Made by a program: the position numbers and the translations under genes | Origin: Phoronis australis | Lineage: Eukaryota > Animalia > Phoronida | Assembly (NCBI GenBank): GCA_002633005.1 | Contig: NMRA01000096.1 | Location: 886,100 to 950,099 of the forward strand | Length of the DNA stretch: 64,000 nucleotides | Direction of reading: 5' to 3' | In this document: in pieces, positions 1-12,799 of the stretch | How positions within the stretch are numbered: the first letter of the stretch is position 1 | Layout of the letters: the number at the start of each line of letters is the position of its first letter | Notes under the pieces: generated by a model | Database searches by the model: none | Told to the model about the DNA's origin: nothing | Seen by the model: the letters and a program-made list of their open reading frames with translations, nothing else

Positions 1-883
1 CTTCATCATTTTCATCTGAACTGATTGAACAAAATGCTATTTCACACTTGATAGCACCTGTTACTGCCTCAGCACACAGGGAGGCCTGCCCAACCTAGAT
101 GGAGTATATGCTTTTGAAAACCTTCAAACGCATTCAGATTGATGGACCACCAGTGGGAGACCACCACTCCAGGTCATTAGATGCACCTACTAATAGCCTA
201 AATCAATAATCACAGGACAGCAAACTCACAAATTACAGGCACGCTTTACTTTGCCATTTTCCCTCAGCACAACATCTCTATAGGATCTCTACACGTACTA
301 TGCCTTTGGCATTTTAATTGTGAATAACAAACAGTCTCAACACTAGGACATAACAGAGTTGTATAAACATGTGTGGACAACCTAAGTCAACAACATGTGT
401 TGTTTGAAGACCAGTTGGAGAACAGGCATGCCAGACATGCAGCAAAAATCAGGCAATTTACAGTACTTACATACTAGAATAACAAAGTCAAATAGGTCAA
501 CTGCCATCCAGAGGCAAAATTAAAACCTGGATGGATCGGACTGGACAAAACAGTAAAGTAGACACCTGTATTTCATAACTGTAACAATGCATGATCCACA
601 CTGGAATTTCGTTGATTTGTTATGTCTGACATTAGAACATTGTTTTAGAACTCAAGAAGACCACCACAGCTCTGTCCAGATGTAAGTTGTACCTACCTGG
701 GGTAACTTCAGCTGGTTTAGTGGGCTTTAGAATGAGGGCAGCAAAATGCCAGTTATTTAAAACTGACCACAAAGTAATAGCTATTTTTAACAACTGTTGT
801 ACAAAATATTCACACTCGACAGGAACTGCAAAATTCATGAACATTCTGTGACTATGTGGTGAAAAGAGTACGTTGAGACTGAG

Positions 884-2869
884 AACAAGAGTAACGCAGA
901 GCGTTGAAATGCGCCCACAATTGCACCGTATATGGTATCCTTCTAGGGTTGTTTATTGGTACCATAAAGTGGCCAGTAGAGGGCATATATGTAGTATGTT
1001 GTACTTTGCAAAATGGAAAGGCATGGTCATTGTCTCCTCAATAGGCTAGGTTTCAAAATGTGAGTGATCTTCATAATACAGGCACATCCTATGCATCAGT
1101 TGCTTAAAGCACCACAGAAACGTAGAATTAAAAACAAATTTACCAACATACGAGATTAGCACAGCATTAGAATGCCAGAAACAAATTTCTACTTGGAACT
1201 TTTCCTTCATAGTCACGAAGTAACACAAAGTATACACCTGAAGACCTATGAAAATACAGAGGTCAATGTAAAATACTAAAATTGCCACTAGAGGCAAATA
1301 CTAAAATTGCCACTAGAGGCATACCGGTAATCAGAATCATCCTAAAGTCGTCATCGTCCGTTGTCAACATCACATAAATACACTTGCTAAATTTAGTAAA
1401 GATCCTGCAAACGGTTTGGGAGATACAGCCATGGGCGCAAAAAAACAAAACTGCCACTAGGAGGCGCCACAGTAGTCCAAATCGTCTGAAAATCATTGTC
1501 AGCTGTCTTCCTTATAGTAAGCACATACACGCCAATTTTCACAATCATCCTTTGAGCGGTTTGGTTGATAGAGGGGTGGACGCAAAAATACAGACTCGAA
1601 AACAGTAAAAATGGCCACTAGGTGGCGCAAACTATGTCGAATCCATCTGAAAACGGGAGGATAGCGTCATCTCACTAATAGGTGCTTACATACCAAATTT
1701 CATGAAAATCCGTTCAGGACTTTTGAAGATACAAAGGTAAGCGTAAAAAACTAAAATTGCCACTAGGGGGCGCACCGGTAGTCGGATCCGTCCAAAAGTC
1801 ATCATGTTCTGTTGTTATCATCATATAAATATACTTACACAATTTCGTAAGATCCTGCGAAAGGTTTAGGAGATACAGCGATAGGCGAAAAAAAAAACTG
1901 CCACTAGGAGGCGCCACAGTAGTTGAAATCGTCGGAAAATCATCGTCAACTGTTCTCTACATAGTAAGCATATACATGCCAATTTTCACAATCATCCTTT
2001 GAGCGGTTTGGTTGATAGAGGGGTGGACGCACAAAAAGACTCGAAAACACTAAAAATGGCCACTAGGTGGCGCAAACTATGTTGAATCCATCTGAAAATG
2101 GGAGGATAGCGTCATCTCACTAATAGGTGCCAATATACCAAATTTCATGAAAATCCGTTCAGGACTTTTGAAGATACAAAGGTAAGCGTAAAAAACTAAA
2201 ATTGCCACTAGGGGACACACCGGTAGTCAAATCCGTCCGAAAGTCGTCATGTTCCGTTGTTAACATCATATAAATATACTTACACAATTTCGTAAAAATC
2301 CTGCGAACGGTTTAGGAGATACAGCCATAGGCGAAAAGAAAAACTGCCACTAGAAGGCGCCACAGTAGTCGAAATCGTCGGAAAATCATCGTCAACCGTC
2401 CTCTACATAGTAAGCATATACATGCCAATTTTCACAATCATCCTTTGAGCGGTTTGGTTGATAGAGGGGTTGACGCACAAAAACACTCGCAAACACTAAA
2501 AATGGCCACTAGGTGGCGCAAACTATGTCGAATCCATCTGAAAACGGGAGGATAGCGTCATCTCACTAATAAGTGCCTACATACCAAATTTCATGAAAAT
2601 CCGTTCAGGACTTTAGAAGATACAAAGGTAAGCATAAAAAACTAAAATTGCCACTAGGGGGCACACCGGTAGTTGGATCCATCCGAATGCTCGCACATGC
2701 CGTCCCATTCAAGAATGGAACATATGTGCCAAATTTCATGAACATATGTCAAAGGGTTTTGGAGATAGAGCAGCGGACGCCGGACGCCAGACGCCGGACG
2801 GACGCCGCCCGTACAGACGGATGGAGATGACGGCATAATGCGTCCACATATAAATATGTGGGCGCATAA
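884..2869 (-). mobile_element. Non-autonomous Helentron-associated element (HINE / DINE-1-like) with internal satellite array, copy 1
   Basis: Read on the minus strand: 5' TTATGCGCCCACATA-TTTA-TATGTGGACGCAT hairpin/subterminal IR, GTCC-type microsatellite, central tandem array, then 3' subTIR TGTGGGCGCAT, short hairpin AACGC-TCT-GCGTT and CTCTTGTT end. This is the DINE-1/HINE architecture. Homologous copies lie at 49978-51021 and 52897-54146 in the opposite orientation. Confidence 0.85.
1271..2750. repeat. Higher-order tandem repeat: ~446-bp unit made of three ~141-161-bp monomers
   Basis: The core CCACTAG recurs at 1285, 1310, 1454, 1615, 1760, 1901, 2060, 2205, 2347, 2506 and 2651. GGCCACTAGGTGGCGCAAACTATG recurs with a period of ~445-446 bp. 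Confidence 0.95.
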
Positions 2870-5800
2870 TAAATGCTCTGAACCAGCTGTAACATAAGCC
2901 AAAAATGTCCACACTTGCTTAGGAAGTAACTTATCTTCCAAAAATTCAAACTCACTATATAGGTGTTTAAATCTGACGGAAATAAGCTAAAATGGACGTC
3001 TAGGCGAAATTCAAACTCGCTGCTGCGACGAGTTAAAACAGGCTGTAGAGAATACAGAGCCAACCTCTAATAAAGCCAAGTGTAAATGAGAACAGGGAAA
3101 GTATACATATTTCTCTAATTACTCACTGACACAAGAGGTAGTTTTACTGCTTGACAGAAAAATTCCTTTTCCAGAAGGCACATTTCGACAGGCAGACTGA
3201 AGTTGAGTGAAGACTGTCTATTAAAATAAAAATGTTTTCATAAGTGTCAGGCTGACCACAAGAAAACACATTTGTTGGGATTGCTCATGCACGTAATGCT
3301 GTGAGATCTGCTAATTATTGGTCCACCAACACAATTGTGCAAAACTTTCTATAACCCTACATAAGCATAGAAGCAAACTTTCATACCAGGTCTGTGAATA
3401 ACCACTATTGTTATTGGACATAGGTGTTTGTGGGAGGGTTACCACTATTAATGTAGTGCTTACATTCGAAAGGACATTCAAAATTGGCCAAAGAAAAACT
3501 GCCATGTCACCCACTCAACGCACTCTGGTTTAATGATGCTTCTGTTAACAGGTTTTTACAAGAGTGAAGCAACCGTGAACGTCAGGTGAATCAGAGTCAG
3601 CACCTTGCAAACAGAACAAATCTACATCAGAGAAAAATCAAGATTACAGATGCCAAAATACAACTAGTTACCTCGCTGTCCTGGAGTTGACCAGAGAAGC
3701 TTCACACTTGGCTACAAATTGTTAATATCAGGGTATCAGTGCATTCCACACCCATTCATAACAGGCAACCACCGAGCAGTGAGGCTGAACACCACTCCAC
3801 ATAGCATACAGTCACAAACTATTTGATTTCAACTCAACAATGCCCTGAGCCACTCAAGATATTCTATACGGTTTGTAAAGCACTATGTCCGGGATTGTTC
3901 AGAGCTATATAACAGTTCCAGAATGGTTAACAAAATACTGATCTGAATCTCAATTCAGGGCTTCCAGTTAGTAGTGGTAACATTACTTTGAGACTTGTGA
4001 CCTAAAATTATTACCACTCAGACCCCCCCAACTTCAATAGGTGTTTTCTACTTGTGTTCGCAGCTTCTTAGCCTCAAGGCTTGGTAGCTAAGTGCCAAGA
4101 CTTCACAAGTGCCACTGTGACAGAAACAACAGAGAGACCATGTCCTGTTTTGAAAACTTAACAAATTATCACCTTGTTTCATTTTAAATACCTAAAACCC
4201 CTAGAACACACCTTGTCATAGCTATCAGATAAGATAAACCACAGTCAAATTAATATGGTAACCCATTCAGGTAGAGTCTCACCTTACCTGTGTGGATACC
4301 AAACTTGACCTACATTCAAACTGATGACTTCATAGCATGAAGGTGCTCCAATATCGGACACTGCCAAATATTGAAAGCTTTAATAATCAAATTTATAACT
4401 TCGTTGTTTCTCATGTGAGATCGTGACCTTCAACCTACAATTAACTGAAGAATATGTACATCAATAATTTTCAACTGACTTAATATTTACATATGCATTG
4501 ATCTCCATACAAGTCTTCAAGGAAATACAGCATTTAAAGTATTATGGCTACAGTACTTTCACATAAACAAGAAATCTGAGATAATGAAGAATGGTGGTTA
4601 TGTGGGTTTCTCAATTTATTGGCACCCTGTATCAGGGCAACCATTTTTCTTCTCAGTCTTGAAAATGACAGTTGAGCTGTCGAAACATGTATAGCAATAT
4701 GTGTTATTTTCTTTACTCATTTGTTGTTGAATGATGTTTTAATTAATAAACGAACTATTTTTGTTCATTTTTCAGGAGTATGAAAACATTCAAACCAATT
4801 TTGCAACAGTTAATCACTAAAGTGGAGCAGTCTATACACCTGTTGTTCCTTCTAAACTTACATCAAATTTTACAAGTGAGTCGAGTCAAAAAGAAAATCT
4901 TAATCTGAGATATAATTGTGGAAATGTACTGTCGAACACTAAGTCCCGTCACAAACAAGATCATACGCTTTTGTCGAGGACAATGTCTGTAATACCTATA
5001 TGATAATCTACAGCAATGCATGCCCTGACCATATGGACACTTTTTGGGAAATGAGAACTGAAAAAAATCTCAAGGGGGCTCTTTCAGGGTCGTTTTGCAT
5101 GTACGCAGCGCTCTTTTGGAAGTTCCCAGGATGTGCGATACACTGAAGTAAACAATTTTCTTTGGAAAAAATATTTCTGAATCATGTACAGACACATGTG
5201 CCTAAATACATGGCAATACGGTACATGTCTTGTAGAGTAGCAAGAACCTATTCCAGTTCATAACATGTTCTCGGGTCACAAAACCCTGGACGGCCATAGG
5301 TGGAGTAGTACTAACTCACCTGCACCTAGAGTTTCCCAGGTTAATGTCCAACAATACAAATATGATTAGGAAGTGTTAGCACAGCTCAAATAGGACACAC
5401 TTAGTCCACACTACACCAGACTCCTCAATCAATATCAGGCCTCCCAACACCCAAGTCCTCCAACACTCAAGGTCTCAGCCACAGGAATGGCATGACTCTT
5501 GAGTTTTGACTTCTGGGCTTGCCCAAACCCCTCATTCAGTCAAGTTATGAGAAACAAAAATTGTAATCAAAACATTTCACAACTCCAGCTGTCCTGAATT
5601 TGAGAGGGAATTTGAGGATGGGGTCTAGCTTGAACTGTTTGACACCTTGCTTATACTTTAGCCAGTCAAATTATTCAGCACAAAAAAAAATGTAATGGGC
5701 TGCAATAAAACAAACAAAGAAAGAAACAAATTTCCCTAATAAGTAATTACGTAACATCTTGTCATGTGAATACAGTGATCGTTTTGCATGTTTTGAGGCA

Positions 5801-7204
5801 CTCAACCATCTGGCTGTTAATTGACTTCAGATAAGTCTGGTCTGGGACCCACATTGCTTTAGACATAATTAATACCCAAGTCAACTGCTACCCCTAAGAG
5901 GTCACCGATCTGTGCTACCTCACCTCGGGCACAACAGAAAGACGCCCAGTGACCCACCCATAACTCTCTCGACTCTGTATGTTTCTGTTTAACCCCGAGC
6001 AGATTCAAAGTAAAGAAGGTCAGTTCTCAATTTTGTTGACATATGAAATGACCTATCACAAAAAACTTAATTGCCAGACTATTCGTCGAATTGGAATTAT
6101 TTAAAGACACCTCTAGGCTCATAGGGTACTTATAATGACATGACTTCGGTGATACAGACAAGGTGAGGCGTAATTAGTGGAAAATCTTCCAGCATACATG
6201 GCATATTAGCATGCGCTGCTTCCTCAGGGATATACGTAGTCACTAGTCCAGTCATCAGTGCAACTAGAAAGGTGAAGTAGAAGTTCACTGGCTGGTCACC
6301 GAGGTGATGAGCAAATTTTCAGAGTTGTTATCCAGCAATCTTATCATTCTGCAGCGTGGAGTTCACATAAATAATTCTCTCCTCACTATGGTGCGTCTAC
6401 CTGGACATTAGCCTTGTTGCTAACAGTTTATTTCAGTTACTTTCAAAACGGTAATGACATGAAAACTAAATTTTAAGTTGCATTGCGTCTGAATCAGTGA
6501 CAACTGACGTTGGTAAACAGGTTCTCGATGCAGTAGCATTGTAGGAAAGGGAACTTGACAAAGCCATAGTCAGCCACGGACTTTCATTTTGAGCCATAAA
6601 CTTCTTCTTTAATAGCATCCCGTCTTTTGCATCAGTTTTGAAAAAACCATGTTCACTCGGCTCCAAGGCTTTATCAGACGGGCATGGAGGGATAACGTGA
6701 AACTGTTCGAAACCTATACACAGATATTGACTGGCAGCTTTAGAGAAATGCCAATGTTATAATTAGTAACTGAGAAACTGAGGGCATTCTGTACTCTCTG
6801 GTTGCTGTAAATGCTTTTTGCTGGCATTTAAAATATAGAAGAAATTTGGGTACATTTTCTAGGGTGGAGGGAAATGGTAAAGTTTGATTTTTATCTTGCC
6901 TTATATCCTAAACAACACGTTTTGAACACTAAAACCTAGTACACCTTAAACTACGTATATATTGTGTTCCTGATTACTCGTTCTTAGAGCTTTTAACCTA
7001 TGTTACACTATAAACTATGGTACATGGACCGCCAATTCCATATATTTTCAATGGACAAAATCTGTGATCTCATGCATAAGCCGTGACATCACTATTCATT
7101 AGCGACACCTGGCAGACTTGCACGTTTTACTTCAGGCAAGTACGTTGTCTGTATATCATGGTCAGCTGTTGTATGGTCGGGTAGCTTTGCCAAAAGTACT
7201 CACG

Positions 7205-10200
7205 GTTACCAAGAGTTCTACTACTGGAACACTTTGAACAGTGTTTCAATGTTGAAATTACTTTTTCATTATACTAGGCAGTAAAATAGACGCAAGAATG
7301 TCCCTTCGGCTGAAGCTGAGTTTGCTATGTCTAGAGGGTGGTGCCTCTGCTAGAATATTACACAAGAAAATATCGGAGTTGCGAATTTGTTGTCTATAAT
7401 CTATGATTACACAAGGTGAGTGGTTTCATTTTAGCTTTTCTTACGTGAGAATAAGATGTGAGAATGATTGACTCCATGACATCAACTTTGTTTTATTTGC
7501 AATTAGACAAATGCAGACTCTCATCTAGTCATGCGGAAACTGGAACAATTTCAATTTGCCGGGGACATCGTGTTCTACCACTACAGTAATTACAATGATA
7601 GCAGCAGGAATCAGTGTTCAACAAATACACCAACCAACCACCAAGCACTCACTAATTCTCCACGCATTGTCCCAAAACATGAACCTAGTAGGCTTAACAA
7701 CTTTACAGAATCCAATTCTTTCCGATCGTAGTAGCACTGCGACCGATTCCTGTTACTGGTACACACACAGTGACTCACATATTGTACTCATGGCGCTATT
7801 AACTTCAGACGGTCGTGCTGTCCTGTAGCCTACTCATCCACGGTGTTTGCCCTGGGTTGGGCCGAGTTGTGGGATGAATATTTTGACAAACCAATTTTGA
7901 CTTAAAAATAAACCTTTCTAAAATAAAAGAAGAAAGATAACGAAGGCTGCACTTACAGGAAATACTTACCCAAAAGATATTAAACAAGCGCCGAACGTGG
8001 ACTCTGTGAAGTGATTTTCCTGTGTGATAAATTTTGTGAGTAAACTCGTATCAGTCTTTTACAACCGTACTGTGGTCACGTGATGTGACGTCACTTTGCA
8101 ACAGGTGCTCTAGCGGTACTACACAAAACTAATTTTTGTACCAAGTTTCTCTCAGGCCAGTTGTCTATGTTCTACTCGCTGTTCTGGTATACTTTGTCGG
8201 GGGAACTCGTGCGCCTGCTGGTCAGATTTCAATTTCAAACGCGTTTTTTTGTGATAATGGTTTGATTTCATAGATAAAATTTAGACTTTCCGGCGTCCTC
8301 CAATCCCGTCTATTACAGAAAAACAGCCGACAACTGAAAAATAGGGCAAGATCGGAAAACAGATCGTGCATTTGGCGGTCTCACATTTCGGCTACAGAAA
8401 GTCGCAGGGTGTTCATGTGCGTATGAACAGAAGTCGAATTTAGACTGAATAAAACAACAGTTGGTGTATTAATGCAATGCACAAGTTGCCCTTGCTTCCT
8501 AGTTTCTGTAAGATCAGACCATAGTCTTTTTCCAGTACTGGAGCTAACCGGCGTGGGCATGGAAGTCGAGCGGAGGGCTGTACGTATTCGAGAGGGGATC
8601 ACTCATTGCTTTTTGTTTGCAGATAGGTTTAGAATTAATTGAATATNCCCGTTTGCAACAAGTGTTTGAAATAGTTCATTAATGAACCCTTTAGTGCGCA
8701 ATAGGATTCATTATGTGCGCAAATTAGGAAATGTACCAATTAATTCAGGTCAAAGTTGAAGGTCGCGGGAACTGGCAACTTTTTCAACTTTTAAGTCAAC
8801 GAAAGTGAAAAATACTTACGTAATAACGTGCGCAAGGGTTTCTTCTACAAGTTCACGAAGTTTCACGCCAAAATTCGAGAGTTTAGTCTTCTCCTGAGTT
8901 GAAAAACAAATACCAGTTGTTTTTACCGGCGGCCATTTTGCTTTGAAATGTCGGTCACGTCGCTGCAAAAAACTCGTGCAAAGTATTATTAAACGGATTT
9001 TGCGACGAAAAAAAACTAACATTTCAGTAAAATAACGTCTTATTTCATACTTTGAAGTAATTTTTATGCACATTTATTGCATTTTTGAGTGATTTTTTGC
9101 CGATTTTTTTGTGCAAATTTTACACGGTGACAGATACGCGAAACGATTTGGTGACGTATGTTGTCCTCGCTACTGTTACCAAGAGTTCTACTACTGGAAC
9201 ACTCTGAACAGCGTTTCAATGTTGAAATTACTTTTTCATTATACTAGGCAGTAAAATAGACGCAAGAATGTCCCTTCGGCTGAAGCTGAGTTTGCTATGT
9301 CTAGAGGGTGGTGCCTCTGCTAGAATATTACACAAGAAAATATCGGAGTTGCGAATCTGTTGTCTATAATCTATGATTACACAAGGTGAGTGGTTTCACT
9401 TTAGCTTTTCTTACGTGAGAATAAGATGTGAGAATGATTGACTCCATGACATCAACTTTGTTTTGTTTGCAATTAGACAAATGCAGACTCTCATCTAGTC
9501 ATGCGGAAACTGGAACAATTTCAATTTGCTGGGGACATCGTGTTCTACCACTACAGCAATTACAATGACAGCAACAGGAATCAGTGTTCAACAAATACAC
9601 CAACCAACCACCAAGCACTCACTAATTCTCCAGGCATTGTCCCAAAACATGAACCTAGTAGGCTTAACAACTTTACAGAATCCAATTCTTTCCGATCGTA
9701 GTAGCACTGCGACCGATTCCTGTTACTGGTACACACACAGTGACTCACATATTGTACTCATGGCGCTATTTACTTCAGACGGTCGTGCTGTCCTGCAGCC
9801 TACTCATCCACCGTGTTTGCCCTGGGTTGGGCCGAGTTGTGGGATGAATATTTTGACAAACCAATTTTGACTTAAAAATAAACCTTTCTAAAACAAAAGA
9901 AGAAATATAACGAAGGCTGCACTTACAGGAAATACTTACCCAAAAGATATTAAACAAGAGCCGAACGTGGACTCTGTGAAGTGATTTTCCTGTGTGATAA
10001 ATTTTGTGAGTAAACTCGTATCAGACCTTTTACAACCGTACTGTGGTCACGTGATGTGACGTCACTTTGCAACAGGTGCTCTAGCGGTACTACACAAAAC
10101 TAATTTTTGTACCAAGTTTTCTCAGGCCAGTTGCGTATGTTCTACTCGCTGTAGTCGGGGGAACTCGTGCGCCTGCTGGTCAGAGTTCAATTTCAAACGC

Positions 10201-10604
10201 GTTTTTTGTGATAATGGTGTGATTTTATTGATAAAATTTAGACTTTCCGGCGTCCTCCAATCCCGTCTATTACTGAAAAACAGCCGACAACTGAACAAAT
10301 AGGGCAAGATCGGAAAACAGATCGTGCATTTGGCCGGTCCCATATTTCGCTACAGAAAGTCGCAGCCGGGGTGTTCATGTGCGTATGAACAGAAGTCGAA
10401 TAGACTGAATAAAACAACAGTTGGTGTATTAATGCAATGCACAAGTTGCCCTTGTTTCCTAGTTTCTGCAGACCATAGTATTTTTCCAATACTGGAGCTA
10501 GTAACCGGCGTGGGCATGGAAGTCGCGCCGGAGGGCTGCACGTATTCGAGAGGGGATCACTCATTGTTTTTTGTTTGCAGATAGGTTTAGAATTAATTGA
10601 ATAT
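7205..10604. repeat. ~1.44-kb near-identical direct duplication (7205-8646 vs 9175-10604) around an N gap; likely allelic haplotypes
   Basis: Both copies start GTTACCAAGAGTTCTACTACTGG and end AATTAATTGAATAT. Copy 1 stops exactly at the N (8647). They differ by scattered SNPs and small indels, and no credible coding content is present. Confidence 0.9.
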
Positions 10605-12022
10605 CGGTAACTAATTTTACTTCCTTTTTTGAAAGCAGTCTTCAAATACATCATGCTAGTATAAATGGGAAGCTCCAACAGAAGGGGGCACTGGGTCTGA
10701 CACAACGCCCCAACTGTAAAGTTATGACGTAATCTGGTAGTCAACAAGGATGGCTGGTTGTCGTGATGGTGAAGAAAGTTGTTCCCACTCTACCCAGATA
10801 ATAGAACGACTCATTCTTCGTTAGCGCTACCCAGCGAATATCGAGTCTCCCATTTATTCCCGTATAAGGTTACGCCTGGTATAACCTTTAAAACTAAAAC
10901 TATTCCCTGAAACACATTATTTCGACTAAAAACCCATGCTTATCATAACGAAGTTCACAGCAATTGTTACTCAGTTATTCTTTACTGAATAACGACTGAT
11001 TGGCAGAGAACTAGACAAACAAATAACAACCGACTTTATATCCGAACAAAAGATATGGCCTTACATTCCAGCTCTTTGCACGGTATGCTCTTTTTTATCT
11101 TCACGAGATCAAAACGCATCCAACTGCTAAAATAAATAATTCTTAACGTATGATTACTAGTTAGCCTTTATTTGAATTGAAGGTTTGTTCTAAATTTTGA
11201 AAACAAAGTAAGCTTTAGTGTCATTCACTCCGGGGGCCATTTTTGTTTGTACCGCACCAAAGACTCAAAAACTACAGAGAATTTCATTACCCAAAAACAT
11301 GAGATACCTTCATTTCAGAATAAAGTTCCACTAAACGGACTTGGGTTAGTTAAAATATGAAGCTTTTATACGGCTATAAACTCGCGTTACGTCTAAGAAA
11401 CAACCTTTGCTCTGGCTTTAGAAAACTCACCATTATACAACTGATCTCTACCTGCTTCTCAGATGAGAAGTTGTTTTTGGGATCGGAAAAAAATGCGGAC
11501 AGTTCGTTATTTCTGGAGGAATGACATCATGCTTGGCGTAAGAAATTATGATCGGCGTGACTCAAGCCAGCCCAGTGGAGCCTAGCCTCACTGTCACCAG
11601 ATGGCGAGACCGTCTCAAGTGGAGTCGAGAACAGCAAACAACTCGTAGAAATCGATATTTCGTGAGCCCGCTCAAAAATAGTTCGGAAAAGACATAATTT
11701 ACGAGAAAAGGGAGCAGAAGCAATGAAGTTCTGTTATCAAAAGCAGAAAGTGTAGCTTAGCATTGCTTTTGCTGCCCGTTATAACGTTTTCTGGACTTCA
11801 CTCCATTTATTGTACAATATATTTTTCGTAATAAAGATATGGCATGATAATGCCATGCACTTATTCTTATGAAAATACCGCAGGTTGAGATAATGTGTCC
11901 GAATCTAAGTGATTAAGATAGCACGTTAGTGCTTGTTTAGGATGCAAATGCCTGGTCCCAGTTAGAAAGAAGCAAACTGTCATTTTTTAGACCAATAGTT
12001 CACAACGCTAACGGCTCTAAAT

Positions 12023-12298
12023 CATGCGCGCATCCAGGGGGAGGGCTCTAGGGGGCTCGAACGAGCTCCCCCATTTGGCGAAGTGAGCAAAAAGGTCCGC
12101 CTCAGAGAAACAAAAAGTCCGAGAAAACAAGATTAAAATCCATTAAAAAGGTGCAAACGCACAATTCCCAGCAAGTACAGCTCCGATAGTGGTACTGTTG
12201 TTTTTTTTTTTAGTCGACCGACTAATTTGTTAGTAAAAGGTCCACATCCAGTCGCCAAGAATTCGACTCCCCCATATTGAAGGCTGGGTTCGTGTATG
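12023..12298. mobile_element. MITE (CATG...-type termini) with degenerate 5-bp TSD
   Basis: Left end CATGCGCGCATCCAG and right end CTGGGTTCGTGTATG form imperfect TIRs; G/C runs lie inside; flanks are TAAAT / TACAT. Confidence 0.55.
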
Positions 12299-12799
12299 TA
12301 CATGAAAATTAAAAAGTGAATTCTTGTGTTTGAAAGTGGGTTTATGAGTACTTTAGTCTCGCTTAAATCAACACTTTTGTCCCAATTCTGAAGCCCCTAG
12401 CCAAGTACTTTTTCGAAAGTCTGATTTTCAGGCAGTGTCGTAACGGTGGTTACAACGGACTCCACTTCATCAAGTCTGTTGTTACTTAACGTTGTCGTTA
12501 AACAAACGCGTAACTCAACATATTCGAAATTTAGCGATGACTTCAGAAGGCATATACAAACTTTAAGTGTAAAACATTCTCGAAAGAAAAAGGTATAATA
12601 TAAATATTATTCTCGAAAGAAAAAGGTATAATATATGTATTATGATCCGACAGAGACTGGCAGCGGAAAACAAGATGATGCAAACGAAACTTTCTTCAAT
12701 ACCTGATTTTTAAATCGTTCGTCAAAGAAACTGAATTTCGGCTTTAGTTATCAAGACGTCGGATAGAGAGTTAAAGAAAGATCACTTAGCTACTGCTTT

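Noticed and set aside
99-210. Short frame MEYMLLKTFKRIQIDGPPVGD, reminiscent of hAT/ZNF862 C-termini
   Set aside because: Too short and degenerate to support without a search.
1271-2750. Regularly spaced repeat cores resembling a CRISPR array
   Set aside because: The spacers are themselves repeated with a 446-bp period, the context is eukaryotic and there are no cas genes.
1046-3063. ORFs inside the HINE elements (also 49902-51059 and 52841-53615)
   Set aside because: They are translations of non-coding repeat sequence with alternative starts, no domain motifs and frame differences between copies.
4321-4345. CTGATGA followed by a hairpin (hammerhead or C/D-box candidate)
   Set aside because: No GAAA after the stem and no matching D box or terminal stem.
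6466-6720. Minus-strand ORF ...PPCPSDKALEPSEHGFFKTDAKDGML...
   Set aside because: Possibly a transposase relic, but no diagnostic motif or splice context.
7531-10747. Duplicated ORFs (MRKLEQFQF..., etc.) as a tandem gene pair
   Set aside because: The duplication abuts an N gap, and the copies differ by frame-disrupting indels and stops; most likely allelic non-coding DNA.
3600-11600. Possible minus-strand spliced transcript (donor-like sites near 3670, 4285, 5317, 7967, 11428; promoter-like region ~11.2-11.6 kb)
   Set aside because: No coherent reading frame or recognisable product; the splice-like motifs could be chance.
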